Part shown: positions 23,401 to 36,090 of the stretch, one piece after another
Layout: each line of letters starts with the position of its first letter
Numbering within the stretch: position 1 is the first letter of the stretch
Source: Amphiscolops sp. MND2022
Taxonomy: Eukaryota
DNA: 64,000 nt
Direction: 5' to 3'
Assembly: GCA_964187785.1 (NCBI GenBank)
Contig: OZ076409.1
Location: forward strand, 36,582,001 to 36,646,000
Translations under genes and position numbers: made by a program
The notes under the pieces: generated by a model
Databases searched by the model: none
The model's input: only the letters and a program-made list of their open reading frames with translations
Told to the model about the DNA's origin: nothing

Positions 23401-24300
23401 TTTTGCGTATTGTCAATCTCTTCTTGATCGAGGTTTCGGACAAAAATATATTCCAAATCTTCAATAGTAACTTTATATGCATTTTTCAATTCAAAGTCTT
23501 TCTCCAGTCTCTTTTCCATCGACAAGAACTGTTGATGACCTGAGTAATAATTCTTAGGCAAATCAGGATTGTCATCAGATCACAATAAACCAATTTAATA
23601 ACGCTCGCCGTTATGTTTAGCTGTTCTTTGTAAAATTGAAAATGGATTCACCACCTTGGATCGACCAGAGACATCACACACTGACGCATATGTCTCTATA
23701 TCCCACCATTTTTTCATCTGATTCGTCAACGGATCGGTTGCAACCGAATTGTTACAAGAAACCGATAAGTTGTTTGTTTCCTTTTTTAGCAAAGCTCCGC
23801 TAATGGTCCAACCCAGTGCTGTTTTAACTGCCCATGGTTGATTTCGTTCGCCCGATTTGTATTCCAGCGGCCTGGTCAAATGATAGGCTAGGCATCCTGA
23901 CCGAGAATGACTATAACATCAGTCATAAAGACTTTAATGTTAGGCAGATCAGAAAGGTAACTGTACTCGTCTTTCAGGTTCCGGAAGACATAGTCTTTTC
24001 CGCCAACATTTCTGTTAGGGTGATTACAGAACGTTACATTATCTCCAGCAGTTTCTGCCTCGCCTAAGTCAAATTTGGCATTTACGATTTAAGTTTTCAA
24101 GTCAGACAAACCATGAATGCCAGCAACAGACGTTACTGAATCTTTACCGTTTAACCGGAGAAGATCAACCGAAGTTTGATCCGTAGAAGAGACTGGATCC
24201 GGTATCACAGAGCGCAATGGTTTCAACCCATCGTTCTTCATTACCTATTGAAATAGGAATCAACTGTAAGAAACCGTTGGTTCCCGTCGACATCATACAA
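20463..24300 (-). pseudogene. pol: BEL/Pao pol (protease, RT, RNase H, integrase) with many stops and frameshifts
   Basis: Protease IALCDTGS (~24200), RT VFGAKKSP and YFYMDDL, RNase H LHIFSDAS and IPRLELQAA, integrase H...H/C..C, VDYFGPF, SDNGTNF, GVWERLVK, and tail RPVVKLAPL. Confidence 0.95.
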
Positions 24301-25900
24301 GTACTGCCGGCCTTGTTCTGAGACGGCGGGTCTTCTGTTTTCTAGTCCTTATCGTCCTTATCTATTTTCTACGCATCAGAGTGTAGATGCCTATTGTGCT
24401 TCTTGATGCAACCTTTCACATCACATACACGTTCTGACTTGCAGTCTTTAATCAGATGGGAATAATAACGATACCTTTTAATATCGCTGTTTTTGTTTTC
24501 ATCAAGTGCGAGAGACATCAGCCTGGGAAAGATTGACGTAGCACTAAATGACTTTTCATTCTCTTCCATTTGCAGTTGTATTTCTTGCTGTTCAAGTGTT
24601 TTTCTGCTTTCCATTCCACCAGTTTCTGCTTCCGCTTCTAACTCGGAAGAGCTTCCGCTTCATTTCCTTTTCCATTTTGTTTCTTCGTTTTTTTCCAAAT
24701 TTAGCTCTCGCTGCTTTTTCTCAATTTCCAACTGAGATTTTTGCTCTAAAACTTTAGCGAGCAACTCTAAACGACTTCGCTCACTCAGCCTTGACAAATC
24801 GGAACCCGCGGTCGTTTGATTCCCGCGGTCGGTAGACATCACTTTTTCGGCAAAGTTCTTGAAGGTGAGATGTCCACTAGTGAACGTTTCTTCACTGTAC
24901 TCAAAGTTGCTGATCCTGGTTTCCGAGGAGCAACTTCCTTAAGATTCTCTTTTTGTCAAACTCGGTAGATTGGTGCACATCTCTCAGCAATTTCAGTTTT
25001 TTTTCCAGCGTATGGTCTGGACTTGTGCGCAAATTACGTGTCTGATAGTCTTCATTGTCATGTAAAGTCGCTGGAATGTCTTTTTGAGAGACAATTCCCT
25101 CCAAGCCATCTGAAGTCGTAGGTTGGTTCCGATGATTTTTCTTCGTTCGAACGATCGACATAGTTCAATAAGTTGGTCGTCGCTTGTTGTATCTTCAAAC
25201 TGAATTCTTAAATATCCTTTTCAAATATTGACAGGCTGCCAACTGATTCCGTTTTCAGCAGGCCACAAGCATTTTCGTAAGCCCTATCAACTTTGTTTTT
25301 GTTTCTGGAAGTTTTTGAAAGGATGATTTCACTTTACTTGACCTATCGTCTTGTTGCATCAAATTGTTAATCGTATCTACTTCACAAGTTAAATTTCGTT
25401 TCAACTTACAAAACTTGAGTAATTCTCTCTCATCTTTCAATATTTTTGGGTGCGAGCTAATATACTCAAGATTGTCGTGATTTTGACATCATTGTTTAAA
25501 CCGCTCTTTGAATTCTAAATTTAGTTTTGTAAGAGCTTCTTGACGATCGTTTTGATACTTTTCTTTCATCATCGGGAGATTGAGTTCGAATTCTTTCTGT
25601 AATTCATCCGTAGATGCCCAATGTTTTAAACAAAAGTGGATCATATCGGTCCACAGGACTGGCATCTTAGAATTCAAATTCTGAGAGTCAATTTCCATAC
25701 TTCGAATGGATGTGACAATTTCATTGACTCGTTTCTCATGATCGATCCAGTCTTGCAACGTGGATGAGTTTTTTAACGAATCCGAAATTGAGACTTTTCT
25801 TCGTGTTCCATTTGTCATCCGTACGATCATATAATGAGGATCATGAAGCCCTCCTTCAGCCTTACTCACAACAGTCAGATAGGTGAATTTCACAATTATC
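24300..25900 (-). pseudogene. gag: BEL/Pao gag remnants, apparently with an internal deletion near 24480
   Basis: Coiled-coil fragments (24660-24842, 24500-24614) abut a Zn-knuckle remnant (CKSERVCDVKGCIKKHNRHLH); no capsid-core-length segment lies between them. Confidence 0.7.
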
Positions 25901-25927
25901 ACATAGATTGAATATGCAGAGTGCCTT

Positions 25928-25944
25928 TCCGGGTCGCTGCACCA
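25928..25944 (-). promoter_or_regulatory. Primer-binding site of the 18813-27561 element
   Basis: TGGTGCAGCGACCCGGA, 3 nt inside the 5' LTR; shares TGGT...CGACCCGGA with the PBS at 1891-1907. Confidence 0.7.
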
Positions 25945-25947
25945 AAA

Positions 25948-27561
25948 CTTTACGTCTGCAATGTAAACGGACAGTAACACTTACCAAGCTTTACGACGGC
26001 TTGATTGACAACTTGCGGACAATATTGAAACTGATTTGTCCAGGAAAGGCACTTGCAAAACCTACTACACACAATAATTTTGAGATGTCCATCCCTTTCA
26101 ATCGCTGGGCAATATCGCTTGTAAAGTATCTTTTTTTTCAGAATAAAGGTAATTCCACTCAATCCGTAGGAGTTTAAATGAACGTTATCCTTCCTCGAGT
26201 GCTTATTGCTAAACACTTGCCTAGAAATTCCTCTGAATTTACAGCCTTCTTGACAAGAAGCTAGTGAAAAGGTAACATCTTTTTCTTGAAGAGGTTGAAA
26301 GTTGCGTGGAGGTATACCAAGCACGAAAACCCTTTTGGCTTTGGTTAATAAAAGATTTGCAAGATCGGACATCTGTCGAACTAAACTTTCTGACTTAGTG
26401 GCAAATAGATTGTTACCACCTATAAATAGAACGATGATATCATAAAGATCCTTTTTGCGTATTAATTCTGCTCCAGGCAATGATGAAAGGTTTAAGTTTG
26501 CAATTTTCTTTGGCTATCCGGAGTTTACAGGTTTCTGGTTTTTGAAACTTTGAATACATGATATTGCATCAATCTTCATCAAAAAATTCGGCTGGAGTTA
26601 CTCTGAGTAAGTTTCCGAAGTTGGTGAAGCAATTACTGCATCTTTGACTTTGTACTTATTCTGTTTCACAAACATGAAGTAACTTTGGACTTTTAAACGA
26701 TGACTATAGGAATCATTTTAGCTGTCTTGATGAGCGGTAGCGTTGTTGATCTGCTAAACGAAATAAAAACTCCAAGTCCTTGCATCCACAATAGCTTTCT
26801 GAAGCAGAAATATCGCAACCATATGCAATATAGGTAAACTGATGTTGGAATTTCGAAACATAAGAATGTCACTTGCTCAACTCTACAAAAGCTCTTTAAT
26901 GGCCAGAGTTAACTGAAATAATCGCTCGAGAAACTTTCAACCTTTCACTTTCTTCAAAACTTGAGTAGCAAAGTCGACCAATTTGAATCTCTACTTTGTT
27001 GTGTCTCTTTTAGAAGTTAACTCTGGTTACTTTAGCATACAGGAAATGCCCCAGAATGGATGTTTATAGTTAAACTTTCTATGACCCTAGAAGCGCCTTG
27101 AAATATAGAACAAGTTGATACAAATTTTTATCTGAGTTGTAAGTATTCACCAAAATATGTAAAAGTATATATCAGAAGCATAGATTTACGCGAAATTAAG
27201 GCATAGATTTACACTTGTTATTTGCTGTTAAACAATTAGTGATGTTCTAAAATAGGCCTCGTGGGTCCTAGGACCACCCATGTAGCCCAAATAAGGCGCT
27301 CAACCATTTATATACAATAAAGAAATACATACACTGACTTTGAAAAAATGATCAAAAATGACCCAGAAGACAAGATTTGAAAATTTTTTGGCTCCGATTT
27401 CCACTTATATGGTCTAAATTTTCCCTTTGGGTCAAAATATGTCGAATGGAACAAAAACTAACACCCAAATCCAATTCCACACATTTTTACAGCTTTTTGA
27501 AACTAGCTAAATTGACCTATTTTTTCTTCCTATTTTCTAAACATAGTTTGAGGCGTCAACA
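25948..27561 (-). repeat. 5' LTR (1614 bp)
   Basis: Colinear with 18813-20462; outer end TGTTG on the minus strand, adjacent to TSD TTGAA. Confidence 0.9.
25950..26560 (-). pseudogene. SGNH/GDSL esterase-like coding region in the 5' LTR (176-aa open frame 25950-26480; block I frameshifted just upstream)
   Basis: GAT AGC CAA (DSQ) at ~26515, then PGA, IIVLFIGGNNL, VFVLGIPPR and DNVHLN..G. Confidence 0.75.
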
Positions 27562-28412
27562 TTGAAACTGGTCAATCGGCTCAAGCGACGAATTGTTTTC
27601 TTTTGGAAACTCTTAAAATGATGACAAAAACACCACTTAGTGGTTTGATTCTGCTTGTCAGTTAATAGTCTAGGAATGCCTAGCAATTTTTAGAGCAATG
27701 TTTGTAAAACTGGTTGTTGGTGGAATCAAGTATTGAATATCACAACAAAAAATCCGAAGTAAAGGCCGATGAAGTTGAGTCTGATTCACACCTCCTGCGG
27801 ACTATATTTATAGAAGAAACTACCAACCTCTCGTGAGTAAAATCAAGTCGTTTTCCGAACGTTTTATTGTGTCTACATTCCGTCTAAACACTTTAAACAG
27901 TCTTATATAAGTTGCCGACAACTCGATTTATCTCGGACCGAAATGGACTTCATCGATTTTTTTTACATCGTTCCTAATTTAGATGAACAAACTTTCAGCT
28001 CAGTTGAACGTCGTGCTTCTCAATTCCACCAATGACAATTAAAAGATATCAATGCTATCACTATTCCAATTGAGATGAATGAAAGCTAACTTTACTTGAG
28101 TAAACAAGGAAGCTAACAAAACTCGGCAGCCAATTAAAAAAGAGTCATTCCAACTTGTCATTTTTATTGAATAAAAATACAATTTACTTGAATAAAATGA
28201 CCGGCAGAGAATCAAGCAGCAGTTCCCCAGGGTAAACGCAGCAAATTCTCAGTCTCAGCGAAAGAAGGAATTATTGGAAATTGGTGATTAATTCTTCTAA
28301 TTGAAATTTTGTTGCGTATTTAGTTTTATCAACAATCGCAGATGCATCTAAAATGATATTTATTCCTTTAGATGGACACCAATTAGCGGGGACAGGTAAA
28401 TGGAACGATTAC

Positions 28413-28816
28413 GGTGTCAGTTACTAAGCAATTTGCTACTAGGTGTTTCGCTAGGACTTGCTACTAGGGGATAAATGCTACTAGGAAATTTGCTACTAAT
28501 TTTAACTTTCAGTGCAAGACTCATATTATAACGTAGTCAGCTATATTCACATACCCCTAGTGCCCTAAATGCTGAGGCGATGCGGAGCGACGTGCCATAT
28601 AGCCATGCCTCATTTTGCTACTTGGCGAAGGGAGCGAAGCGACCGAGCCATACAACAATTATGCTAACCTCTTCTAGGGACCACACTTAGTCAAATTGAG
28701 TAGTAGCAAATGTCCCCTAGTAGCAATTGAACTGTAGTAGCTATTAGCCTAGTAGCAAATTGCCTAGTAGAACATGTCCTAGTAGCAAATTGCCTAGTAG
28801 CAAGTGTCCTGTAATC
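28413..28816. mobile_element. Mutator-like foldback MITE, same family as 9557-10170
   Basis: Inverted TTGCTACTAG arrays; perfect 9-bp TSD AACGATTAC (28404-28412, 28817-28825). Confidence 0.8.
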
Positions 28817-29539
28817 AACGATTACATCTTATTGGTGAATCCATTTACCTTGAAATTTTGTTCATTTAAATTAGAAACAGTGTAATTGTCTTGACCCTAT
28901 ATACACTCCCGTATAATACCAAAACCTCCATTTTAGGTTTTTCACGTTGGTTTCAATTTTTGCTTTCGCTTTAGCTAAACGAAGTTTTGGAAAGGTACTG
29001 TAAATGTATTTCGGGATTGGGAAGCACTTGCGTGCCACGTCACATCTTCAAAATCCATTCTTGTATATTGCTCATGAACAACGTCAGTTTATTCTTTGCC
29101 CTAAATGCAGAATCGACCTGAATCAATAAGTGAAGGATGCGTTTCATAAACATGTTCATTATCTCCAGAGAGTAATCAGAACACTACGCTCCCTGCTAAC
29201 TGCGAACACGGATCTGGAATCAAGTTAGTAGAGAAAAGTTTTCACTTTTTGCCTTCAATCCTTATGGGAAAGCAAAATTAGTCTCTCAGCCGCGTTTTTT
29301 ATTCTTCGAATTTCACCATGTTCAATTTTATGCTCAAAAGATGGAGGTTCTTTCATGGAAATCAAATACAAAATATAGAGTAGTGATATTTCTAAAAGCA
29401 ACAAAAGGCAAATCTCAAAATCGATAATCTCTAAAACAGCAGCTATTTCTGAAAAATGATAAAAGTGAAAGTTTTTAGCTTTTCATCTAGTTTACAAGTA
29501 TCTTTGTTTGAAGAATATACGATGAAAATTATAAAAGAT

Positions 29540-30362
29540 AACTTAGAACAAGAATCTTGTAATTTCCTGAAAGCCTTAGTGGGAATCTTGACAAGATTCT
29601 TACCAAGAGCGCCAAGAATATGTACGATCTTGCAAGATCTTGCCAAGAACTTCAAGAAAAATGCCTAATTTTTTCGACTGAAAAAACGCACAAAAATGGT
29701 TTTTAGTACAAAAAACTTCTCGGGAAAAACAAAAAATTTTGTCAAGAAATCCAAGAAATGCCAAGAATCTTGTCAAGAAATCCAAGAGAATCCAAGAAAT
29801 GCTAAGAATCTTGCCAAGAAATTCGGGAAAATCCAAGAAAAATGCCTCAACTTTCATTTATATTTAGTAAAAGTAATGCTGTTAAGCGCCACTAAAATAG
29901 AGAATTGGTGAACTGAAATTAGTATACTGTATTCAAATACTACAGTTCCATGTCTAAAAAAGATGGTATGTCAATTGATACCAAACTTTGTTTTGTGTTA
30001 TAACAACGTTATTAATCTGATTCAACAATTTGGCTCCAAAATACTTTTGGAAAGATTCCCTGATTTCATCTTCGATATTTTTCCATGTTTCCGCGGGAAA
30101 TTTAATTATAAACAAAATTCGTTCCATACGAACGCTCCTGGTTGGTGTTTGATGAAATGCATAAATTATACCAGACTTGCTAAATGCAGTTCCACCTCCC
30201 GGGTTTCTTGACAAGAATCTTAGCAACATTCCTGTCAAGAATTTCAAGATTTTTCAACGGTCCAAGATAATTCAAGATCTTATCAAGGGTTTCAAGAGGT
30301 AACGGGAATTTGCGGGAAAATCCAAGATCTTGGTAAGAGTTTCAAGATATTTTACAATGGGT
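29540..30362. repeat. Degenerate repeat rich in TCTTG(N)CAAGA palindromes, probably MITE-derived; related remnant at ~9190-9333
   Basis: Numerous CAAGA/TCTTG units; boundaries unclear. Confidence 0.5.
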
Positions 30363-31364
30363 TACGATAGGCCATTTTTAGCTAAATTTAGGTCAAAATT
30401 GAGGTTTTCCTCACTTTTGGTCTAATTTTGCTCAAAATTTGAGAGAAGTTTTGAGAAGTTTTGAGAAGTTTTGTGTTCAATCGACCCCTCTGATTTAACT
30501 GAAGCCGTTGATATGTTTTGATTAAGAAATCATCTTGAAATCGTACAAAAATGCGCTGTAAAATTAGACTTTTTCGAAAATACATGTATTAAGATATGAT
30601 TTTGAAGTTTATCAACTTAAAACAAGCTGATACTAATACAAGTTAACTTATTTTCGAGAAAAAACTATATTGCCAGATTCGTAATGTTTGAGGGAATGTT
30701 TCTGCCAAAATTATTCTGAAATCAAAAAATTGTAAGTAGGTCAAAAATTCAGAAAACTTAAAAAATGATGTTTTCGAAATCGCTCTCGACCAATGAAATG
30801 AGCGCGTGAGACCTTGATCAGCCAATGATATTTGTCTATTTGCTTTCTATCCCCGTGCTATGTTGCTTCTTCTAGAATCACTACTGTAATTTGTCGTAAA
30901 TTTAATTTTGAAAACTTTCGAACATTCAAAAACTGCCTAATAGCACAAAATGGCTCCATAATGTTCTTGAATGTTTCATGAATTTATGTACTATTTTCGA
31001 ATGGTTTTGTTTGTATGAACATTCACAGTTCAAACAAAAAAACCAGCTACGGGGCATAGAAAAATCTTATAGAAAAATCAGACGTTTTCAAAATGAATTG
31101 TGTGCAAAATACAATTTTCCTACCATACTTTTCAAAAAATGTCAAATTTTTGATGTCATTGTTTACCATATTCCATAAACTATTGAATCGTAATCGAACT
31201 ATACTTTAGATGTTTTTTTCAAGAAACATTACCTTCGCTTTTTCAGTTTTTCAAAAGTTTTTGGTACTTGTGGGAGTTCAATAACCTTCACTGTGCAAAT
31301 ATGATATGTCTGCTCCTATAATGATGAATCAGAGCTTCGATTTCAATTCAAAGTCTCAGTGCCA

Positions 31365-31732
31365 TTTTTAGTCGGCGCTTTTCGTAGAAAACGCTGACTA
31401 TAGCAGTGACTTTTTTTAAGACCAACGAAGTGACAGATTTTACAAGTTTCATAAGCTGACTTGCACTAACACTAACTGCCACACTACTTCTACTGGCACT
31501 TGAGATAGAGGTTAATTAGGCTATTTTGAGGTCCCCTTTTACGTTTTTCGGTACTATGCGACTTACCGGAGACCAAGAAAAATTTTGAGAAAAAATTCGA
31601 AAAAAATTCGGAATTTTTGTTCAATTTTTTCCTCATGCGGGTACTGTAGAAGAGAATACTTGACACTTTGAAGTCTTTTTGCTATTTTCGAGCCTTAGAT
31701 ATGGCGCCGACTTATGGCGTTCCCGGCTTGTT
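31365..31732 (+). mobile_element. Helentron/DINE-1-like family 1 copy
   Basis: 5' TTTTTAGTCGGCGC plus hairpin; 3' GGCGCCGACTT plus stem-loop remnant GGCGTTCCCGGC and TTGTT. Confidence 0.75.
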
Positions 31733-32249
31733 TGTTCTTGATAGATCCTCGGAACCTTATATTACACACTGTTATTGGAAACAAATAGCTGAATAAACAC
31801 TTAATCATGTTTATACCATGCTTTTTTCTGGCACCATATCGAAGATTCCGTTCTCTTTCCAGCATTCTTTTTGGGCTTCCATAAAAACCTGCGAAGCGTT
31901 CGTTCACGTTGTGTTCATTTCTTTTTTCAGACAATTGCAGCTGGCTGTTCGATTCCCTGTCAGCTGAAAAGATACAATTTCACACAAAATTTCAATCTTT
32001 TTCCATACCTTGAAAAATAGCTATAGAAATTTATGGTTATAACAGAAGCACAACACCGTGGTACCAAGTTTTCAAATGAACATTTGCATGAAGCATTTGA
32101 AGCTTCTGTTCTCTTTGTTATTCAAGCAACTAACTGATTGATTAGCTGATAGTTCTTCATTAGAGTCGAAGCATCTCAATCCGAGGGCCAACACTGTCTC
32201 GATGTCGCGCAATATAGAGGTAAGTTTCAGGCATCATTATTTCGAGAAC

Positions 32250-32340
32250 ATTATATATACTTTGTATTAAATATACTTCATATACTTTGTATTATATATA
32301 CTTTATATACTTTATATATGTACTTTATATTATATATTTT
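32250..32340. repeat. TATATACTT-type AT-rich minisatellite
   Basis: Visible degenerate tandem units. Confidence 0.8.
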
Positions 32341-32382
32341 CAGATAAGATAACTGAACTATTGGTCATTGCTGTGTTACCCA

Positions 32383-32492
32383 ATAGCTAATGAATACATG
32401 TAGTTTTCTTCAATCTTAATTAAGATTGAAGAGTTTTCTTCAATCTTAAGTTAACGTAAGATTGAAGAAAACTAAAACTATTCATTAGCTAT
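32383..32492. repeat. Nested palindrome (double hairpin inside an outer inverted repeat)
   Basis: ATAGCTAATGAATA...TATTCATTAGCTAT encloses two TCTTCAATCTTA/TAAGATTGAAGA pairs. Confidence 0.9.
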
Positions 32493-33084
32493 ATTTCTTA
32501 AGGCTATAGCATGCTTCGGTATCTCTGTAAGTTTACTCTCTTGTTGCGGGAGCGGTGGTGATTGCGCTCTTTAGGGACAGCCTTGAAAAGGTTTTGAAGG
32601 ATCTAACTTAATTTTATCAAAGACTTCTTCTAAATGGTGAATAGTATTCCAAATAGTGGCTCACTCATGATGATGTGTGCCCATATTGAGCTTTCCTTGA
32701 GAAACCGTACAGATCTGTGAGCCAATTTCCCTTGAGGATCTCTAAAGATCGTGCCACTGCTACGTAAGGACAACTGCAGATCTGCAATGATCTTTACAGA
32801 TTTTTCAGGAAATGTTTCCCTGACATTCTAGGGAAACAATGAATTTCAATTTTGGTCTTCTTCAAGAAGTATTTTAGCTGACCAAGGTTCAGTCAGTTGT
32901 AACTTTTCATCACTCAAAATTCTTGAGCAGGATAGCTTGTCCCCATCACGATAGTGTCGGTGACTGGGCAATGCTTGATATTGTTTTTGCACGGTTATTT
33001 AGCCATTTCACTTGGACTTTCCAGAAATGGTTGTTCAACTTTGAGAGGCTCGTTTGCCATATTGACTTCGATTTGACGGATGGA

Positions 33085-33208
33085 ATTATAATCATATTAT
33101 AATCATAATATATATAATCATTTCATAATCATAATATAATATCATAATATTATATCATAATATATATATATATATCATATGATCATATATAATCATAATT
33201 ATAATCTA
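33085..33208. repeat. ATAATC/AT microsatellite
   Basis: Visible tandem units. Confidence 0.85.
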
Positions 33209-34581
33209 TAGACATGTGGCCACCGACTGGGTTGGTAGAGTTGTTGATAAAGTGCTGCTGTTGTAATATTTCGGGAAGATGGTTTGCTGGAGTAGTTTTA
33301 GTAATTGCTGGAAACTTGGACTACGTTATAGTAATTTATTGGTCTTTTTTGTATGGTTAATTTCCGACAAATCTTGAAATATTTGTCAGGATCTGTACAG
33401 ATCTGTACATTTTCGCACAGAAAATTTTCCAAAACTTCAATTAAAAGTCGTGTTTATCTTGTAGAGCATTTTTAATCAACTATTTCCAACTTCAAAACCG
33501 TATTTATCAGTAGTCAATTTTCAACAAATCCTAGAATATCTGTCAGGATCTGCACTGATTCGCAGGGAGTGCTGAACATGGGTGATTGGTTAGTGATTAC
33601 AAGTTCAACGAAGATGATTGTTCAAAGTTCCAGAACATTCAGATTGGCGAAATGATGACAGTTTATATTCTGGTTCTCTTTAGGATTGGATCATCACTTC
33701 AAAAGTTCAAAGTTTTCGAGGAAAATCATTCTTTAACTCGAGACCACTCCATTGTGTGACAGTAAGAATTTTGAACTAATAATGGAATCTTTTTAAATAG
33801 TATAGCACCAAAGGAAATTTACAGAACTATCGGACTTGTCAACCACTGCACTGTATTCAACTGACATTATATAATGAGTGTTTGGGGAAACTATTCCATT
33901 GCCAGTAAACTTATGTTTTGGTATAACTCTCAAAACAATAACAACGCAGCGTGTTCCTCGTACTTCACAGGGAAAAACAATTATTGTTTTCCAAAATAGT
34001 TCACTGATTGGAGACTGATTTTAGTGAATGTTGATACTTACATGTATGAAGGGCCGCAGAGTGCATGTCAATTAAAAGTAAGCACGTGAAATGACAACTA
34101 ATGCTCTGAATGCCTGGGAAAAGTACTTTTCAGACGGTAGCCAAACTTGAGTCTAAAGTCTACAGGTATTGAACCTTTGCCGTTAAGGACACGGTTTTGA
34201 CTAAATTTATTGTTATTAAATTAAACAGCAAGTAAAGTTCCATACATTCGGGTCATAGATTCGAATTTCCTATTCCCCCAAAGCTTTCGTGTTGGGGGGG
34301 GGGTGTTTGGTATTCGAAACAAGGTGCACCAAGGGAGAATACGAAAAATGATCCGTAGATTTTAAAACTTCTGGTAAAACCTTAGCAATATTATTCAACC
34401 GTAACCTTACTTATTCAGATAAAATTGCGATAGCATAATCTAGAAATCAAAGGTTCAAAGGTAAATTTAGAGTTCCAATTTTCAAGTTCGTTGAAGAAAA
34501 AAATTCAACAGAAAGCCAATGGGAAACTAGCGCTCTACAGAGTCATCATCGAAGTATAAATTAAAAGATATCCCCTGTTTC

Positions 34582-35172
34582 CCGACCAGATTGATCATAC
34601 TTTGACAATATATGGCACCATACAAATCATACATTTTTTCTATGATCTTACCATGATCAATCTGGAATCATATATGATTCAGAGTATGATCAGCCTGGAA
34701 CCATAAACTTCTGTGGTTCATTCAGAAATCATAAACGGGCCAGTCTGAAACCATAAAGAGCGCATACTATGATCAAAATGAAATCGGGAACTTTTAATGC
34801 CCACGCGGGTTCCTGTGAAATGCAATTTAGTGACAAAGTTTCAAATATTGAGAGCCGCCAGCTTTATAGGTTGAATGCAGTACCCATTTTTCAGTGACAT
34901 CTGATCCTTTCGAGAACAATTACCAATATTTCAGCAAAAACTTGATTATTGCGACCTTGGTTTCAGTTTTGTGATTGTATCGGCACTTTGGTTGAGGAAT
35001 ATCTAGTTATTTCATCAGTGTATGTGTTAATTGACTACGTTGTTCTAATTTATGGTCCATATATGGTCCAGAGTATGGTCAGTCTGTAACCATAAACTTT
35101 TATGGTCCATTTTAAGATCTGCCTGGAAGCAATCTTTCTCTATTGTGTCAGAGTATGATCAACCTGTTTTTG
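34582..35172. mobile_element. Degenerate MITE-like element
   Basis: Imperfect inverted ends CAGATTGATCATACTTTGACA / TGTCAGAGTATGATCAACCTG; internal CAGAGTATG and ACCATAAA repeats; no clear TSD. Confidence 0.45.
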
Positions 35173-35229
35173 TATGGTAGTGAAACCCGGTATACTTTAC
35201 TGAAAAGCAGCGATTCAAAAGAATACCTA

Positions 35230-36090
35230 CCCTAGTCTGAGAAAAATTGAAATCTTGCACTTATCTTGCAAGTTTCTTACAAAAAATGTTATTCTTGCAA
35301 GATTCTTGCAAGATGATGCCAGTCTTGCAAGAATCTTGCAAGACGATGAAAATCTTGCAAGATGATGAACAAGAATCTTGCAAGAAATCACTGATTCTTG
35401 CAAGAAACTTGCAAGTTTGAACTTTTATACCTCCAACGACATACAACTCGCAAAAAAGGCCCGGTCCATGCATTATAGTGTCGCACCTAGTGTAGCGAAA
35501 TAATTCATTCATATTGACTCATACAGACCAACTAACGTCGCTAATAATTTGAATTGAAAATAAGTTGAATGGGTAATAAAATCACCAATGGAATAGTGCT
35601 TTAAAATCGACACTGTTTTTGATCTTTGCACTCCAAATCAAACAAATCTTCTAGTCAAACGATTCAGAACCATTGATCGAAAACAAAAACTATTGGATGC
35701 TTATTTTTTAAAAGGATTGCTTGCTGTAATAGTAATGGTGAAACACTACCACCCTGAATGGCAATGATTACTTGTTTATTTTCAAAAACAATTAAGATTT
35801 TTGAAATTCGTAACTTTGTTTTTTCATTGAGCTAAGGAACGTTTGCTTGTAGTGAAAAGGTTCACATTCAAAAAGGAAACAGAGAAAAGTTTTTTACATC
35901 TCGAATTCTCAGTCGAAGCTTGCAAGATTCTTGCAAGTTCCATAGTTAACCTTGCAAGAATCTTGCAAGTGCAATCCATTTCTTGCAAGAATCTTGCAAG
36001 ACAGTTTGCAAGAATAATGCATTGACTTGCAAGATCTTGCAAGACATCTTGCAAGATTTTTTCAAGATTTATATTTTTTTCAACCTAGGG
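35230..36090. mobile_element. MITE with TA target duplication and TCTTGCAAGA palindromic subterminal arrays
   Basis: TA|CCCTAG...CTAGGG|TA termini; arrays at 35250-35420 and 35915-36070. Confidence 0.8.

Larger units (their letters stand above)
18813..27561 (-). mobile_element. Full-length decayed BEL/Pao LTR retrotransposon
   Basis: Direct repeats at 18813-20462 and 25948-27561; 5-bp TSD TTGAA (18808-18812, 27562-27566); PBS next to the 5' LTR; internal order Gag-PR-RT-RH-IN with BEL motifs. Confidence 0.93.

Noticed and set aside
32500..33080. Possible decayed coding remnant on the minus strand
   Set aside because: No recognisable motif and multiple stops.
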